DNA of 64,000 bases from Raillietiella orientalis (taxonomy: Eukaryota), in assembly GCA_036172245.1 (NCBI GenBank), contig JAYWIR010000004.1:2728001-2792000 (forward strand), read 5' to 3'. The notes beneath the pieces are model-generated. The model saw only the letters and a program-made list of their open reading frames with translations. It had not been told where the DNA came from and searched no databases. How positions within the stretch are numbered: the first letter of the stretch is position 1; each line of letters opens with the position of its first letter. Made by a program: the position numbers and the translations under genes. Positions 36,761 through 48,819 of this stretch are shown piece after piece.

Positions 36761-39700
36761 CGCTCTGTGATGGATCGGGACGCCTACCCCCTACACCCCA
36801 TCAAAGTCATCCACTGCTTACTATCGACCCCTCCCTCTCTCGGTGGGGTCCCTCTGGCTATGGCTTGGGAGGAGAAGGGTAAATGGGGGTCCCTTCTCCT
36901 CTCTCCTTAGAAGAATGGGATGACTGAACCCCAGCGGATCCTCTTCTCATCCTCCCTCCCCGGGAATAGGCCGGAAAGCTCCCTCTGCCTCTTTCCCCCG
37001 TGGAAAACCTTCGATGGGATTTCCCCTTCTCCTCCCCATTCCACCTCAACCCACCTCCTACACCCTTTCCTAGGGAGCAAGGTTCCCCCCACAACAGGGG
37101 GGGTCCGCTCCTTGAAAACGGAAGGAGGTGTTCACTACATCTAGGAAAATAAAGGAAGCCAGATACCATGATGTCACAGAGGGTCCGCTCTCCGTTGCAC
37201 GACAGGAGGGGGAACTCCCCACTCCTGGATTCCTAGAAGGACTCAACTCCCATTGTTCCGGCCTTCATCGGGGGCCTCCGGCTTAAACGACCACCGGTGC
37301 CACGCCCGAATGTCTCCGCCAACCAGCGCCATCTTGCAGGAGAAACTCGGAACCCGACGACGCAGCGGCGTCTCAGTTTCTGCCGGAGTATTCGAACCCG
37401 CGACGCATCGTGCCACGCGCGGAAGCCTTAACCACAAAGCCTCCGACGAGGGCAACTCAGCAGGTGCGGCCTGACACTTCTCGGGAGCTGCTTGCCCGTC
37501 CCGTTCCGTCCTCCTTCCCGAGAGGGAGAGGAGGGGAGCGCAAGGAAGCGACCTCTCCCTCTCAGCCGCGCTCATATCACGGGAGTCGCCCGGCAACAGA
37601 GGTCGTCGTGGAGGAAGGAGGAGGGGGAGGTGGAGAAGGAGAGGGAAATAGAGGGGGAGGGAGGGAGGTCAGTTCCTCACGGGGAGCGCGTGCGCACCCT
37701 CCCTTCCCGACGACTCTCCCCCCGTGCGGGCCGATCGCATTTCCTTGGTGGGGGCGAGAACGGAGGAAGGACGCAGGAGAGAGAGAACGGGAGGCATGGG
37801 AGGATGGGGGAGGGGGGGAAGGTTTCCGTGGTAACCGGAGGGCTTCACCTTCCTGCACGCACGTATTCCTCTCTCTTCCTTCTTCCTCTTCTCCCTCCTC
37901 CCCCCTCGCTGCACCTCCCTCCCCTCCTCCCGCGCTGCTGCTTGTCGCCTCCGGGTTGCGCTCGCGGTTTCCCTCGGGAATCGCTGCCACTGTCTCCAGG
38001 GCGCTCGAGTCGGGAGAGGAACGACGTCGGCGCCGTCAGGGAGGAGAGGAAGTAGGCTTCCTCCTAGGTGCGCTCGGGACTATCCCCCTTCTTCCCTCGG
38101 GGGGAGGGCCATCTGTTTGCCCCGGGGAAGCGGCACGGCTTCCGAGGACAAATTGGGGCTCTACCAGGGGGAAACGGCCCCTTTCGCTACCCAGCCTCCC
38201 GGCCACGCGCATTTCGTCCCTTCCGCATCCCATGTCGTTGCCGACCTGGAAGGGTCGGCCCAGTCTCTCTCTTCCCCCTCCCCTTCCGTGCGCAAAGGCG
38301 GCAGGGAGACCGCAGAGCGGGACGAAAGGGAGAGAGGAAGCCGGGAAATGAGAGGGGCTGGAAGCCGCACGCCAAGAGAGGGGTGGACGGACGCCCCCCT
38401 TCTTCCCACCCGTCTTCCTCCTCGACTCTTCCCCTCTCCCTCTCCTCGCTCCCAATCTGCTCGTGCGCTCAGCCCCGCCCTCTCCCTCCCTCTCTCCTTG
38501 AGAAAGCGGTCGGGGGGAGGGGAGGGGGAGGGAGGGGGAGGAGTCGTTTTCAGACGCTGTCCCGAGCTCGAACCTGTCCGCCATCGCAGGTTGCCGAAGC
38601 CCCACGGGTCGCGCGTCCAGGGAACGCGTTCCTCCCCCCATCGGCCAGCGCCCCCGGCAGAGGTCCGCTTCCTCCCCCCTCACACACCCTTTTTTTTCCT
38701 TTTTTTTCCACGAGCCGTATTCTTCCCGGAGCGGGAGCATCTCGAGGCAGCGGCAGAGGAGGAGGAGGAGAAGAAAGGGGAGGAGGAGGGTGTCGCCGGG
38801 CTCTGCCCCGCAGGGCGGGGAGCAGAAAGAAGCGGGGGGGGGGAGTCAGCAGGAAGACTCGCGCGCGGGGTCACCTCGCGGGGCGGCGCAGCTGTCGCGC
38901 AGGCGCGCGCCAAAGGGTTGCCGTTGCAGGAAGCGCGCTGGGAGACGCGCGGGAGAGCCGGCCGCGCGAGGGACGGGGAGAAGGGGAAGGAGGGAGGGAC
39001 GGAGGGAGGGGAGCGGGAAGCGCTCGCGCGCGGGGGGAGGGGAGGGAAGAGGAAGGAACGGGGAGGGAAGGGACACGTGTAAACAAGCGGGCGGCCCGCG
39101 TTGCCCGGCAGCGGCAGATGGAGCCTGCGGACCAACTGCCGCGTCTGGCGCACCGCCGCCGCTGTCGCCGCTCAGATGTCGCGCAGCAGCAGCAGCAGCC
39201 GTCGCCTAGCTCCGCTCCTGCCCCTCGCGGGAGTGGCAGGACATCTGGGGAACGGGGAGGGCTCGCGACTGCCCCCCCCGCCTCCGGCGCCACTTGTCGC
39301 CGCTCTCATCGGCTCCCTGGAGTCCAGCCACGAAATGGGAGGAAAGGAGGAGAGGGATCCGCCTTCGGGGGGGGGGAGGTCCGCAGGGGGCAGTGAGCGA
39401 GTAGAGGGGAAGGAACGCTGCACCCTCCGGTCGGCTCCGCGGAGAGTCGTTCCCAGGGAGGCGACCCGCTCCCCGATGTCACAGGGTCCCACGGCAGGGT
39501 CTCCACCCGAGGAAGGAAGGGGGGAGGGGGGGGGACAGATGGTCCATCCCCCTGGGAGTGAATCATCGCCCTGCGGGATGGTCACACCCGGTTACGGGGA
39601 TAACGCAATTAGGGAGTGGGAGAGGGGAAAGCCCTCGGGGCGGCCTTCGACGCAGAGAGAGCAATCCGGCCTCCTCCTTCTCCTCGTCCTTCTGGCAGCC

Positions 39701-40539
39701 ACCTGCCCACCCCCTTCCTACATCCCGACATCCGGGAATGGCCGCGACGCCCCCCCCCCCTGCATCCAGGAGGAAGAAGGGGGAGAGGGAGGGGCAAGGC
39801 GTCCGGATTTTGTCTGCGGCTTTCCCTTCCTTCCCTCCCCCCCTCTTCCCGCTTCCCCGACCTTCCCACGGGATGCTCCGGAGGAGAGATGACACCCGCA
39901 TTCCTCCGGGAAGTGGAAACAAATGCGGGATCGGCGGGGCGCGGCGCTCTCAAACACTCCCGCCGCCGCCGCAGATAGCCGCCGCCTCCCTTGCTTCCCC
40001 CCCTCCCGTCTCTTCCCCGAGAAGTAGGGAGTTGGAGGAGGAGGAGGCACGGGACGCTTCGCGCGCTCCGGACGCCGAGACGGCTCGAGGAGAAATGGCA
40101 GGGGGAGAGAGGGGAGGAAGGAATACCACGAAGGGAAACGGGAGGAAAGGGGAAGAGGGAGGGGAAGAGCGAGATCCTCCGAAAAGCCCCCTCTTTCCTC
40201 CGCTGTCCCCCACCCCGCTGACCGTGCCAGGGACCTCGGCCACGAAGCCACGCGAGGTCGCGCCCCACCGCTTCTGCTGTCTTCCCCATTCTGGTCACCT
40301 ACCGCGAAGCGAGAAAAAGGGCCAGGAGCGGCGCCTGGAGCCGGAGGATCTCGGAGGAAAGGGCGAGTTGGACTCTCTCCCCTAAGCTCTTCCCTCCGCC
40401 TCCTCGGGGAAGCTGGCGTGGACCCTCCTCCGAGAAACCGCCCTTGAGGTCTGGGAACCGGGAAGGATCCGAAAGGGTCCTTCGGTGCGCGGGCGAAGAT
40501 CCTCCCCCCCCCCTCCCCCCCGACGGCATCCCACGGCGG

Positions 40540-41720
40540 TCTACTCCGGAGCGCACGCGATCATCTCTGACAGCAGCCTCCGTAGCCCACTCTCCCTTCA
40601 GCCGCCTCCACACCCCACCGCATGCACACCCGGCGTCGCCGACCGAAAAGGATCGGCTGGACGCGCGCGGCGAGATGCCGGCCGAGGGATGCGTGGACCA
40701 CCCTACACAGAACAGGGCTCAGGAGCGCGCTCAGGATGGACGCCAGTGGTGCCAAGGGTCGTGGTCAGCGGCCGTCCTTCCGCCGGACGAGACGCTGCGC
40801 CAGGGGGAAGGGAGAGTGAGCTCCTGGTCGAGGAGGGCCGGAAGAAAGACACTCCTCTTCCGGGAGCGACGAGGACTTTCCGACTCTCCCAGGAGTTTCC
40901 TCCTTTCCCTCCCTGGGGGGTGCTCACGTCCAACAGACTCGCCTCCTGTGCTCCCCCTTTTCCTTTTCCCCCTTTCCCTACCGCAGAAAATCCGGGAGTC
41001 CTCCGCTGGTCTCCCGACTCCTGCATTGTCCTAGGGAGTCCGGTCGACCCAACCAGAGAAGCGAGCAGGTTCTTAGGGATTTCGTTCAGGAAGGGACCAA
41101 GGAACAGAAGGTTGTGCTCCCTTCTTCGTCGTCGGCTCGAACCGGAGCAGGGAAGCGGGGAGGCGCGAAGGCACCAAAACGATCAAGGAATCCTCGGCAG
41201 AATGGCAACCTCAGGAGGCCCCATATTGACCCATCGTGCCTTTCCCGGCAACGAGATCCCGGAGCCGACTTGCGCACGCCTTCCTCGGAGCTGGATGCGC
41301 ATCCAGGCGATTCCTCTGGGCGAAAAGGTGCCGAGAAAGGTGCTCCCGCGCACCCCTCTCCTGGCGCTTTCGCTAATGCGCACTCCCACTCAGGCGCACC
41401 CGCCCTCTTGCGGGACTGGAGAAGACATGAAAAAGCGGGGAGGGAAACGGAGAAGGGTGGTAATAATGAAGGAAGAGGAGGAGGAGGGAGGAAGAAGTGC
41501 CACTGCCTCGCCATAGAGAACCGCAGGTCAGTGGCGCTGCCAGTGGGCGTATAGCTCGAGACTTTTCCCAGGACCCCGGGGTGCATTCGACCCTGAGCCC
41601 CCTCATTTTCCTCGCTCGCCTTTCGTGGTCCAAATTCCTTTGCCTCTCTGTCCAGAAGCGGAGAATCCCACAGCAGCGACATTGCGCCAAGTAGGACGGC
41701 TGTCTGGCGCAGTGCCTCCA
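40540..41720 (+). mobile_element. Decayed Gypsy pol (RT, RNase H)
   Basis: 'SPTEKDRLDARGEMPAEG' (cf. SPxExxxIxxEVxEMLxxG), 'GWTPVV..KKDTPLP' (cf. WASPVV..KDxYPLP), 'ILGRMATSGG..EIPEPTCARLPRSW' (cf. LGHxVSxxG..PxPxxxxxLRSF) and 'CLAI' (cf. ECLAI). Confidence 0.55.
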
Positions 41721-43369
41721 CCGGACCCTCCCTCTGGGTTCCATCCAGAAAGCGATCCCTCCTCTTGTGTGCTGCGCTCCCCGAGGACGACGGCACGTTC
41801 CGAGCGCTACCCTCCTCGAGGGACAGCAGCGTAGGGTCCAAGAGGCGGCGCCGTGAGCAAAACGTCTCCGCTAAGGGGGAGAGGAGAGGGGGAAGCAGAT
41901 GATCGAGGTGCCCCCAGCAAAACTTCCTTGCCGACCCTCGTCCGCAGCATCCGGCGGAACTTCCCTCTCAACACACCTACGTGAGGGCAGGGAGTGCACG
42001 CGTGCGTCGTGCGCTCCGAATCCGTCACGCGGCGACTTCCACAGAGCACCGTCTGCGAATGGCGCACACAGACACTCCGTGCGCACGCGAACACGCGAAG
42101 GTGCCCGCGCGCTCTCCCACGACGGGGGCGCGAGCGAACGCACCACGGCGGGATGGGCACGCGGCGTGCGTGCCACGCAACCCGTTGCTGGAACTGCAGG
42201 AAGACTTGTGACGGCATCCCGAAGCGGGCGCGCGCGAGAGTCCCTCTCACGGGGGAGATGCAACAGCAGCCAACCGAATCCTTCCCACGCGCCCAAAGAT
42301 GGCGGTAGCTGGCAAGAAGGAGCATCAGATGTGTGGAGCCTTATTAAAAGATCCGGGTTAAAAATACGGGAGGGGATGGACGGGAATCATCGAAAGGAAA
42401 TCTGCCAATAAAAAGCGGATGCAAGACGTGCCTCGGATTATATGGGAAGCAGATTTTCATGTTGCCCGGATGAGGGGGGGAGGGGGGAGAGACCGACCGA
42501 GAACGAAGCCATGGATTTCGAAATCCGGATGCTGAAGATCAAGGAAGAGAACACTCTACAGGGAGTGGGGGTGAAGGCTGTGGAGCGAACATCCGGAGAG
42601 TTCGGCAGTGCCTCGAAATGTGGAGGAAACTCTCTCACCTGTCCTGTCCACTTTTGCACGTGTGCGTGCGTGCGTCTCTTGTCTAGCGGTTGCGAGCGAA
42701 AGCTTGCAACCGCTGAGATGTTCAGCCTGCGCGTCTTCTCCGCCTCCTTCGCACCCCCGTGCTGCTTGCTCGCAATGAACCCTCCCAAAGCTCGGGCCTC
42801 TACCGTCGTTGATTCGTTGGGTGGCGGTGCTTCCCGGCGACTCTCACCCCCTTCCCTTTCTCGACTCTTTCCAGCACGGCGCCTCCTCCCCCGGTGCACC
42901 GCCGTTTGAGGATTCCACCGCGAGCGGGACGTGCGTATGCGCGCACACACGCACACGTGCACACTCGTTCGTTTACACAGAAGGTCTGCCTGCAAGCGCA
43001 AGGATGCAACACGTGCACACGTACGCGTCGTATGCGCGTGCACGTGTGCCTGTGTCACAGGACCAGGCACCTCCATGTGTTTTGTTGCCGTTGCTTACCC
43101 TGTTGAGGGTGGGCGCGATTCGTGCAGAGTGTGGAACGGGTCCACCACCCATTCCACCACTTGACCACGGGGAAGAAAACGCCGGAGAGGATGGACGGAA
43201 GGAGTAGTAGAAGGACGAACGGTGCGGATGGCGGCGGCTGCGGCTGCGGTGAGCAAAGCGCCAATGTCGTACGCGTACTTCCCCACCGGAGAGTCCGTGG
43301 CAACCACGGCACGAGATGCAACCGTCGGAGGAAAAAAAAAATGAAAAAAGCCAAACGAACAGACAAGCC

Positions 43370-44830
43370 GTTTTGATGAGTGGGAGGTGAACGTGGTCAC
43401 CTTCCCATGGGCGCGCTCACGTAGAAGAACGCCATAATCCGCGACATTTGCCTCCTCGCGTTCCATCGTGAAAGGACGGACTTGGACCGCATCGAGGCGA
43501 TCAACCCGTTGGTCAGGGGGTCTCCGCCTACGGCGGACGGCACCGACCTGATCGACAGCCTCGTCGAGAAGGGGCCCGGGATGAACGGCGGCAGGACGCT
43601 GCGTGGAGTGTCCGACGAGGCCGCGACCATCGCTCACCTGTGCAGCATCGGCGTGTACACGGAGCAGTCCGCACGCAATACGGAGACGCTTCACCTCACA
43701 CGGGGAGACGGTCGGACTCTGGGAAGAGGTACCACGACCGTGTCTTCTCGAAGCAGACGTTCCTGAGGCTGCGCATGGAAGAGGGGTTGAAGATTCCTCA
43801 GCCTGTTGCAACGAGACAAACCCTCCAAAGAGCTCCCCTTTTTTTTTTGGCAAGGAGCGGCTCCACTTTTCCCGAATCTGCATGGCGTTCAGCCATAAGG
43901 CGGCGGCGTGCCCCGAAGGACTTTGCAAGAAGCGTGACGGTGGCGTGTACATTGCCCGAGCACTACCATTCTTTGCAAGGCACCGGACCATCTGAGGTGA
44001 GCTTCATTGAGTCGATGGAATTCCAGGAGCTCACCAATCCCAGAATTCCACCTCCGTGCCGTGATGATGTTGTCGATCCCAGCCCGGTCTCAGACCCGGG
44101 CAACACCCCATCCAGAGAACGCCGGCGCGGCTTCACGAATATCCCTTCCCTCCCCGCCACCATCATCCGCTCACAGCCCCCTCTGAGGATAATATCACGA
44201 CAGGCGGAGATCAGTGAGCTGAAGCGCGCCAACGCCAGCCTGAAGAGCGAGGTCCAGAAAGGGCAAGGGCGATTCCTGCAGCAGGTGGTGACCCTCATCG
44301 CATGGAACGGGGCGGCAGAGACCGCGCCCGGCTCCCGTGAGTAAGCAGACAGAGGCTCAACAGTGCGGAAGCCTCTGTACCGGGAAAAAACGTCAAGAGC
44401 AGCAGTCGGAGGACCAGGCATCCTCTGGGGCGTCCTCCCCTCCTCCTCCGCCCGGGTCACCTCTAACGAGGGGAAACATCAACAAATGTGTCTCGTGATC
44501 CCTGAGCTTCGTGAGGGTCAGGACCAGGGTCGGCACGGAGAGAGGCGGGAGGATCGCAGGTCCTTCACCATGTCCCAGAGAAAAAAAGTAGAGAAAGGTG
44601 ATGGTCTGGACCACCCCCAGACAGTTAGGTGGTCCAGTTCCTGCCACTGCTGCGGACAGGAACGTTGCCATCCTTGTCTCGCTGAGAGGAGTGGACGCGT
44701 GGTTGCGAGGAGCGAACGAAAGCGGGAACTCGGTGCTCATTGCGATGGCGACGAGAGTGCACTGCCGGTCTGTTGTTTGATTAGGTATTCGCCCGACCGC
44801 GAGCCCGGATGCGGGTGCGTTTCCCGGTCC
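43370..44830 (+). mobile_element. Possible decayed gag(-protease) of an LTR retrotransposon
   Basis: Coding-like but frameshifted: 'FDEWEVNV', 'LPEHYHSLQGTGPSEVSFIES', coiled-coil 'EISELKRANASLKSEVQ', knuckle-like 'CHCCGQERCHPC' (~44642) and 'PDAGAF' (cf. DTGA). Family uncertain. Confidence 0.3.
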
Positions 44831-45649
44831 CACTCGGGCGGACGACTAGCCCACGGACACAAGGAGGAACCTTCCTGGGCGGAGTGCCTGGTCGACGGGC
44901 TGCCGCTTTCCGCGCTGTGCCTGCACCCCCAGGAACGACGCCAAGGGAGGAAGCAACCACGGGGAAGGGAGGGGAGCCATCCTCTTTGCCATCCGGTTCC
45001 TGCGGATGCGCCAAGATAAACCCGCCGGGATAAGGGTGAGGATGAGCTCGCCGGCATCCTGCAATGGATGCTGAGGACTTAACTCCTCCCTCTCCCCTCG
45101 CTCCCTTTCCCTTCCGTGTTCGTTGCGGACCTCGTCAGTGCCCGACCTTGGATCGTTGGACTTGGTGGGACGCGAGGTGTCACCGCCTCCTGCATGTTTG
45201 TTTTCCTAAAACAAACGCTCTGGAGCACCCGGGTAGGTGGGAGCCGCGGGTACGACTGAGGAAAACTCGCGTGGATGCAGGCGTTCCCGTTTGTCGCCCA
45301 TGACCCCGCGGCTCTTTCGCCCTTCCATGAGATCATCGGCGTTCCTCGCTCGCCCTCCCGCAATCTTGAAGTTCCCCTCCACGCACAGTTCCATTTCCCT
45401 CGATGATCCTGGCTTTAGAAGAAGAGAGAGAAACCACAGGGAGAAGAAGAGCTGCCGCAGCGTTCAGATTTACGTCACCTCTAACGTGACTTTTTTTTTT
45501 GAGGATGGGAATCGCAGGACCCGAGGTGTCAGCCCCGTCGCTGAGGTGATGCGCCGATGCCCCTGATGGGGGTTGCACATGGTAGAGCGAGAGAATCTGT
45601 TTCATCCCTTCCCGGGATTCCAGATCGCTTTCATTAGAAGGAAGATAGG

Positions 45650-45790
45650 GGAAGAGAGTTCTAGAAGACCAGAAGTCCAGAGGTGAGGCCCCGCCTCTCT
45701 TGGGCTCTTCGTTCCGGACAGCGTCTCCCTCCACTCCTTGGTGAAGAGGGGAGGCTCCCGGGAACTGTACGAATCTTCTCCCTCCCTGGG
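45650..45790 (-). mobile_element. Possible L1/Tx1 LINE pre-RT fragment
   Basis: 'PPLFTKEWRETLSGTKSPREAGP' resembles PITxxEIxxAIxxxxxxKSPGPDG. Confidence 0.25.
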
Positions 45791-46735
45791 GGTGTCGACG
45801 GCGAGCAGGGCCACTCTTAAGGCGGGACGGAGCTCTCCTCGCCCGCGGGAGATAAATGACCTCGAGTCGCCCTTCCGCACAAAGACAGTTTTTGTTCCTT
45901 GCGCCCTCCCTTCGGAGGGCTTTTGTGTCTGCCACGTTCCGTCCTCTCCCTGGAGCCTCAAAGCCTTGGGAAACGCTTCTTCCGTCGGAGGGTGAGATGG
46001 CAGTCCTCAGTGCGCACCGGGCCTCCTTCCACCTTCTGAAGAAGAACTCTTCCCGGAGAGGGAAAACACGGAAACATCCCTGCCGCCCCGTTTTCATCTT
46101 TTCGTGCCCGAACGCTGACTTCCACCGGAAGGTCCTTCGCAGGCTTCTGGAACGCTGCACTCCGCTCCCCCAAGGGTTTCTTCCTGCTCAGAAGAGTGCC
46201 TGCGTGAGGGAAGATCCAAGAATACCGTCACTCGGCTCTTCTTGCAGATAAAGCTTGCGCGTGCGCCGATAAACAAGGATTCTTCGGGAACACTTCTTCG
46301 GCATCATCCCCAAGTTTCCACCAGGGGACTCGCTGGTTCCTTCCCTCCTGCTTTTTCGGGTACTCGTGCTGGAATTTCCTCAAAGGGGGGCGTGAGGAGG
46401 TACATCCTGTACACGCACATGTGCGTGCACGCATAGCAAACACGTATGCACATGTGCTTCCCTCCCCCTTTCCCCCTTTGCAAAGACAATGATCTGTGCT
46501 CATAAGAGTGATCACGAAACGTAAATGATGGGATTCCGATGTCACTGTACACCGCACATAGAGGTTGTGCACGCGAACACCTGCGACGGATGTTGCGTAA
46601 GGGCGGTGCACGGTCCTGCCAGCGTGTGAGCAGGCGCGATGCACGTTCAGGTGCAACGCGTGTAAAACGTAATGCGCATTGTGTGCTACATATCCATGCA
46701 ATTGCATGCGTGCGTGTACACATATACATGTATCA

Positions 46736-46767
<32 letters not shown>

Positions 46768-48819
46768 TATTGCGTGCGTGCGTGCGTGCGTACACATTTT
46801 CTCTATCCGTCCGCACGAGTTCTTTGCTCGCGAATCTCTTGCACCCACCAGATGAAGAATGATGATCAGATGCATTATCTGACTGTCTTCTGCGACGCCG
46901 CCGAAACTTGCGAACCTGAAATCGCTCTTATCGTCGCTTATCTCCGGCGAGATTGGCGCCCCGAGTAACTTAACTACACGTCGATAGCGTCACGTGAGCA
47001 CGTGTATCCGGTGGCGGGAGAGGAGTTTGCCAAGGCGGGGGGAGGAGGAAAGCGGTTTGTCCGGTAATCGGTGTCGGACGGGGCGGTAGACTTTCGTCCG
47101 GCCCCCCGGCTTCACTGCACCCGCTCTCCAGCATCCCCTTCCTTTTCCTCCACTTCTTCCTCCCCCGTGAAATCCGCGGGCGCGCAAAGACGCCGGAAGC
47201 GCTCGCGCGCGCCATCCGTCGAAACCTTTGCCGGCTGACTGCTGGTCGCTCGAGAGGTCTCCGAGGCGTCGTCAGTGCTGCTGCTCGCCGAGCAGCTCCT
47301 CAAAACGCTGAGGTCGCAGCCTCCGCCGACTTGGGCACGGTCCCACAGCCCCGGTTCGCCTCAGGAACGCGTGCACACGTCGCTGTGTGGTGCACAACCG
47401 ATCCCGCTCACGTCGTCCTGGCATCTCCGTGTCCTCCGCAGGCTTGCCAGACGACTGAAAGCACCTGGAGGATTGACGTGGGGGAGGGGGAGGAGAATCC
47501 GTGCGAGCACGCAAGGCAGCAGCAGCAGCTCCTCAAAACACGAAACCAGAAGGTAGAACGCGTTTCACCAAGACGTGAGGCGAATCATCGTGATTCTTCC
47601 TGTCACGAGAACTTCCCTGACGGCTGTCCCGCCTTTCGGATCTGCTCTTTGCTTCGGCACCGACGGATCCGCCTCCGCCAGAAGAGATCCTGGATGAAAG
47701 AAGCACTGACAGGAGCAGCCGACGGTGAGAAAGAAGTCAGCCTCCCATCCCTCCAAGAGCTGATAAATGTCGATGAATGCTGAAGGGGGAGGAAGGGGGG
47801 AGGGTAAAAAAAGAAAAAAAAAAAAAAGGAAAGCACATGCGATGGAATCCGGAACACCGTGGAAGCTTGCAGTTGTAAGGAGGGATGCATTCTCTCCCGG
47901 ATTTTGTGGCATTGAGGCGTACCGAAATGACGCAGGAACAAGGTCGCGCGCGCGCATCGGACGGGCTCATGCCGATACCTGAGGCGCGCACGCACCGCGC
48001 AGCAGATGCCGCTCGCAGGTGTGGGTCTGGTTCGAAGCCAATACCAAATTTGGAAGCCCTCGCACCGCTGCTACCTGCCCTCCTGCCTGCCACTCGGCAC
48101 CGGTGGAGAGTGGGGGAGGGAGGGGTAGGAAGAGGCATCCGTTTCCTGTGGTCGCCCAGGGAGAATCTGAGCCCTTCAAGTTCACCCCAAAGGCTTCGTG
48201 CCCTCTAGTAGGCTCAGAGCTGCCGATCGGATGGAGGGTGCAGCGTCCAAAAAGGCACGTCAGCGTGCAGGAAGAGGTCGGAAGACGAAAGGCTGTCGTT
48301 CTGCGGGAAGGCGGGCGGGATGGCAGGGGACGTCCCGCAGAACGTGAAAGCAGTCACTCCTCCCCTGCCGAAACTATCCGGGGAGCAGCACCACACCCAG
48401 GGGGCGTGAACCCGCTGAGCACTGAGTCTGGGAACGAAAGGGGCGGGTGCTGGGTGTCCTTCCGATCCGTGCGCGCCCCCGCCAGTTTTGCATCGCGCCC
48501 GCGCCGACGTGCGCCACCCACCTCCCCGCGGTGGGATGGGGAATGGGAGACGCTCGCTGGCCTGTGCCGGATGAGGGAGCTCCGCCCGGGTCCGACGGCT
48601 TGCTGCTGGCGGCCGCGCGCAGGGAACCGGAGATTCGACTGAGCGCAGGCGCTTCCGGTGGCGACGGCGAACCGAGGCTTGCCGCGCCGCCTGCTCCACA
48701 CACGCTCTTCGCAGGAGCACACCTTCCTCCTCCTCCTCCTATCCCGCCTACCGGAGACCTGCGCAACAGTTCTGCGAAATCCGCGTGCTTCTGGTTCTCC
48801 TGGAGAACCAGAAGCGCGC

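Noticed and set aside
46943..46956. TGGCGCCCCGAG as a tRNA primer-binding site
   Set aside because: Only a partial match to known PBS sequences, with no identifiable LTR pair.
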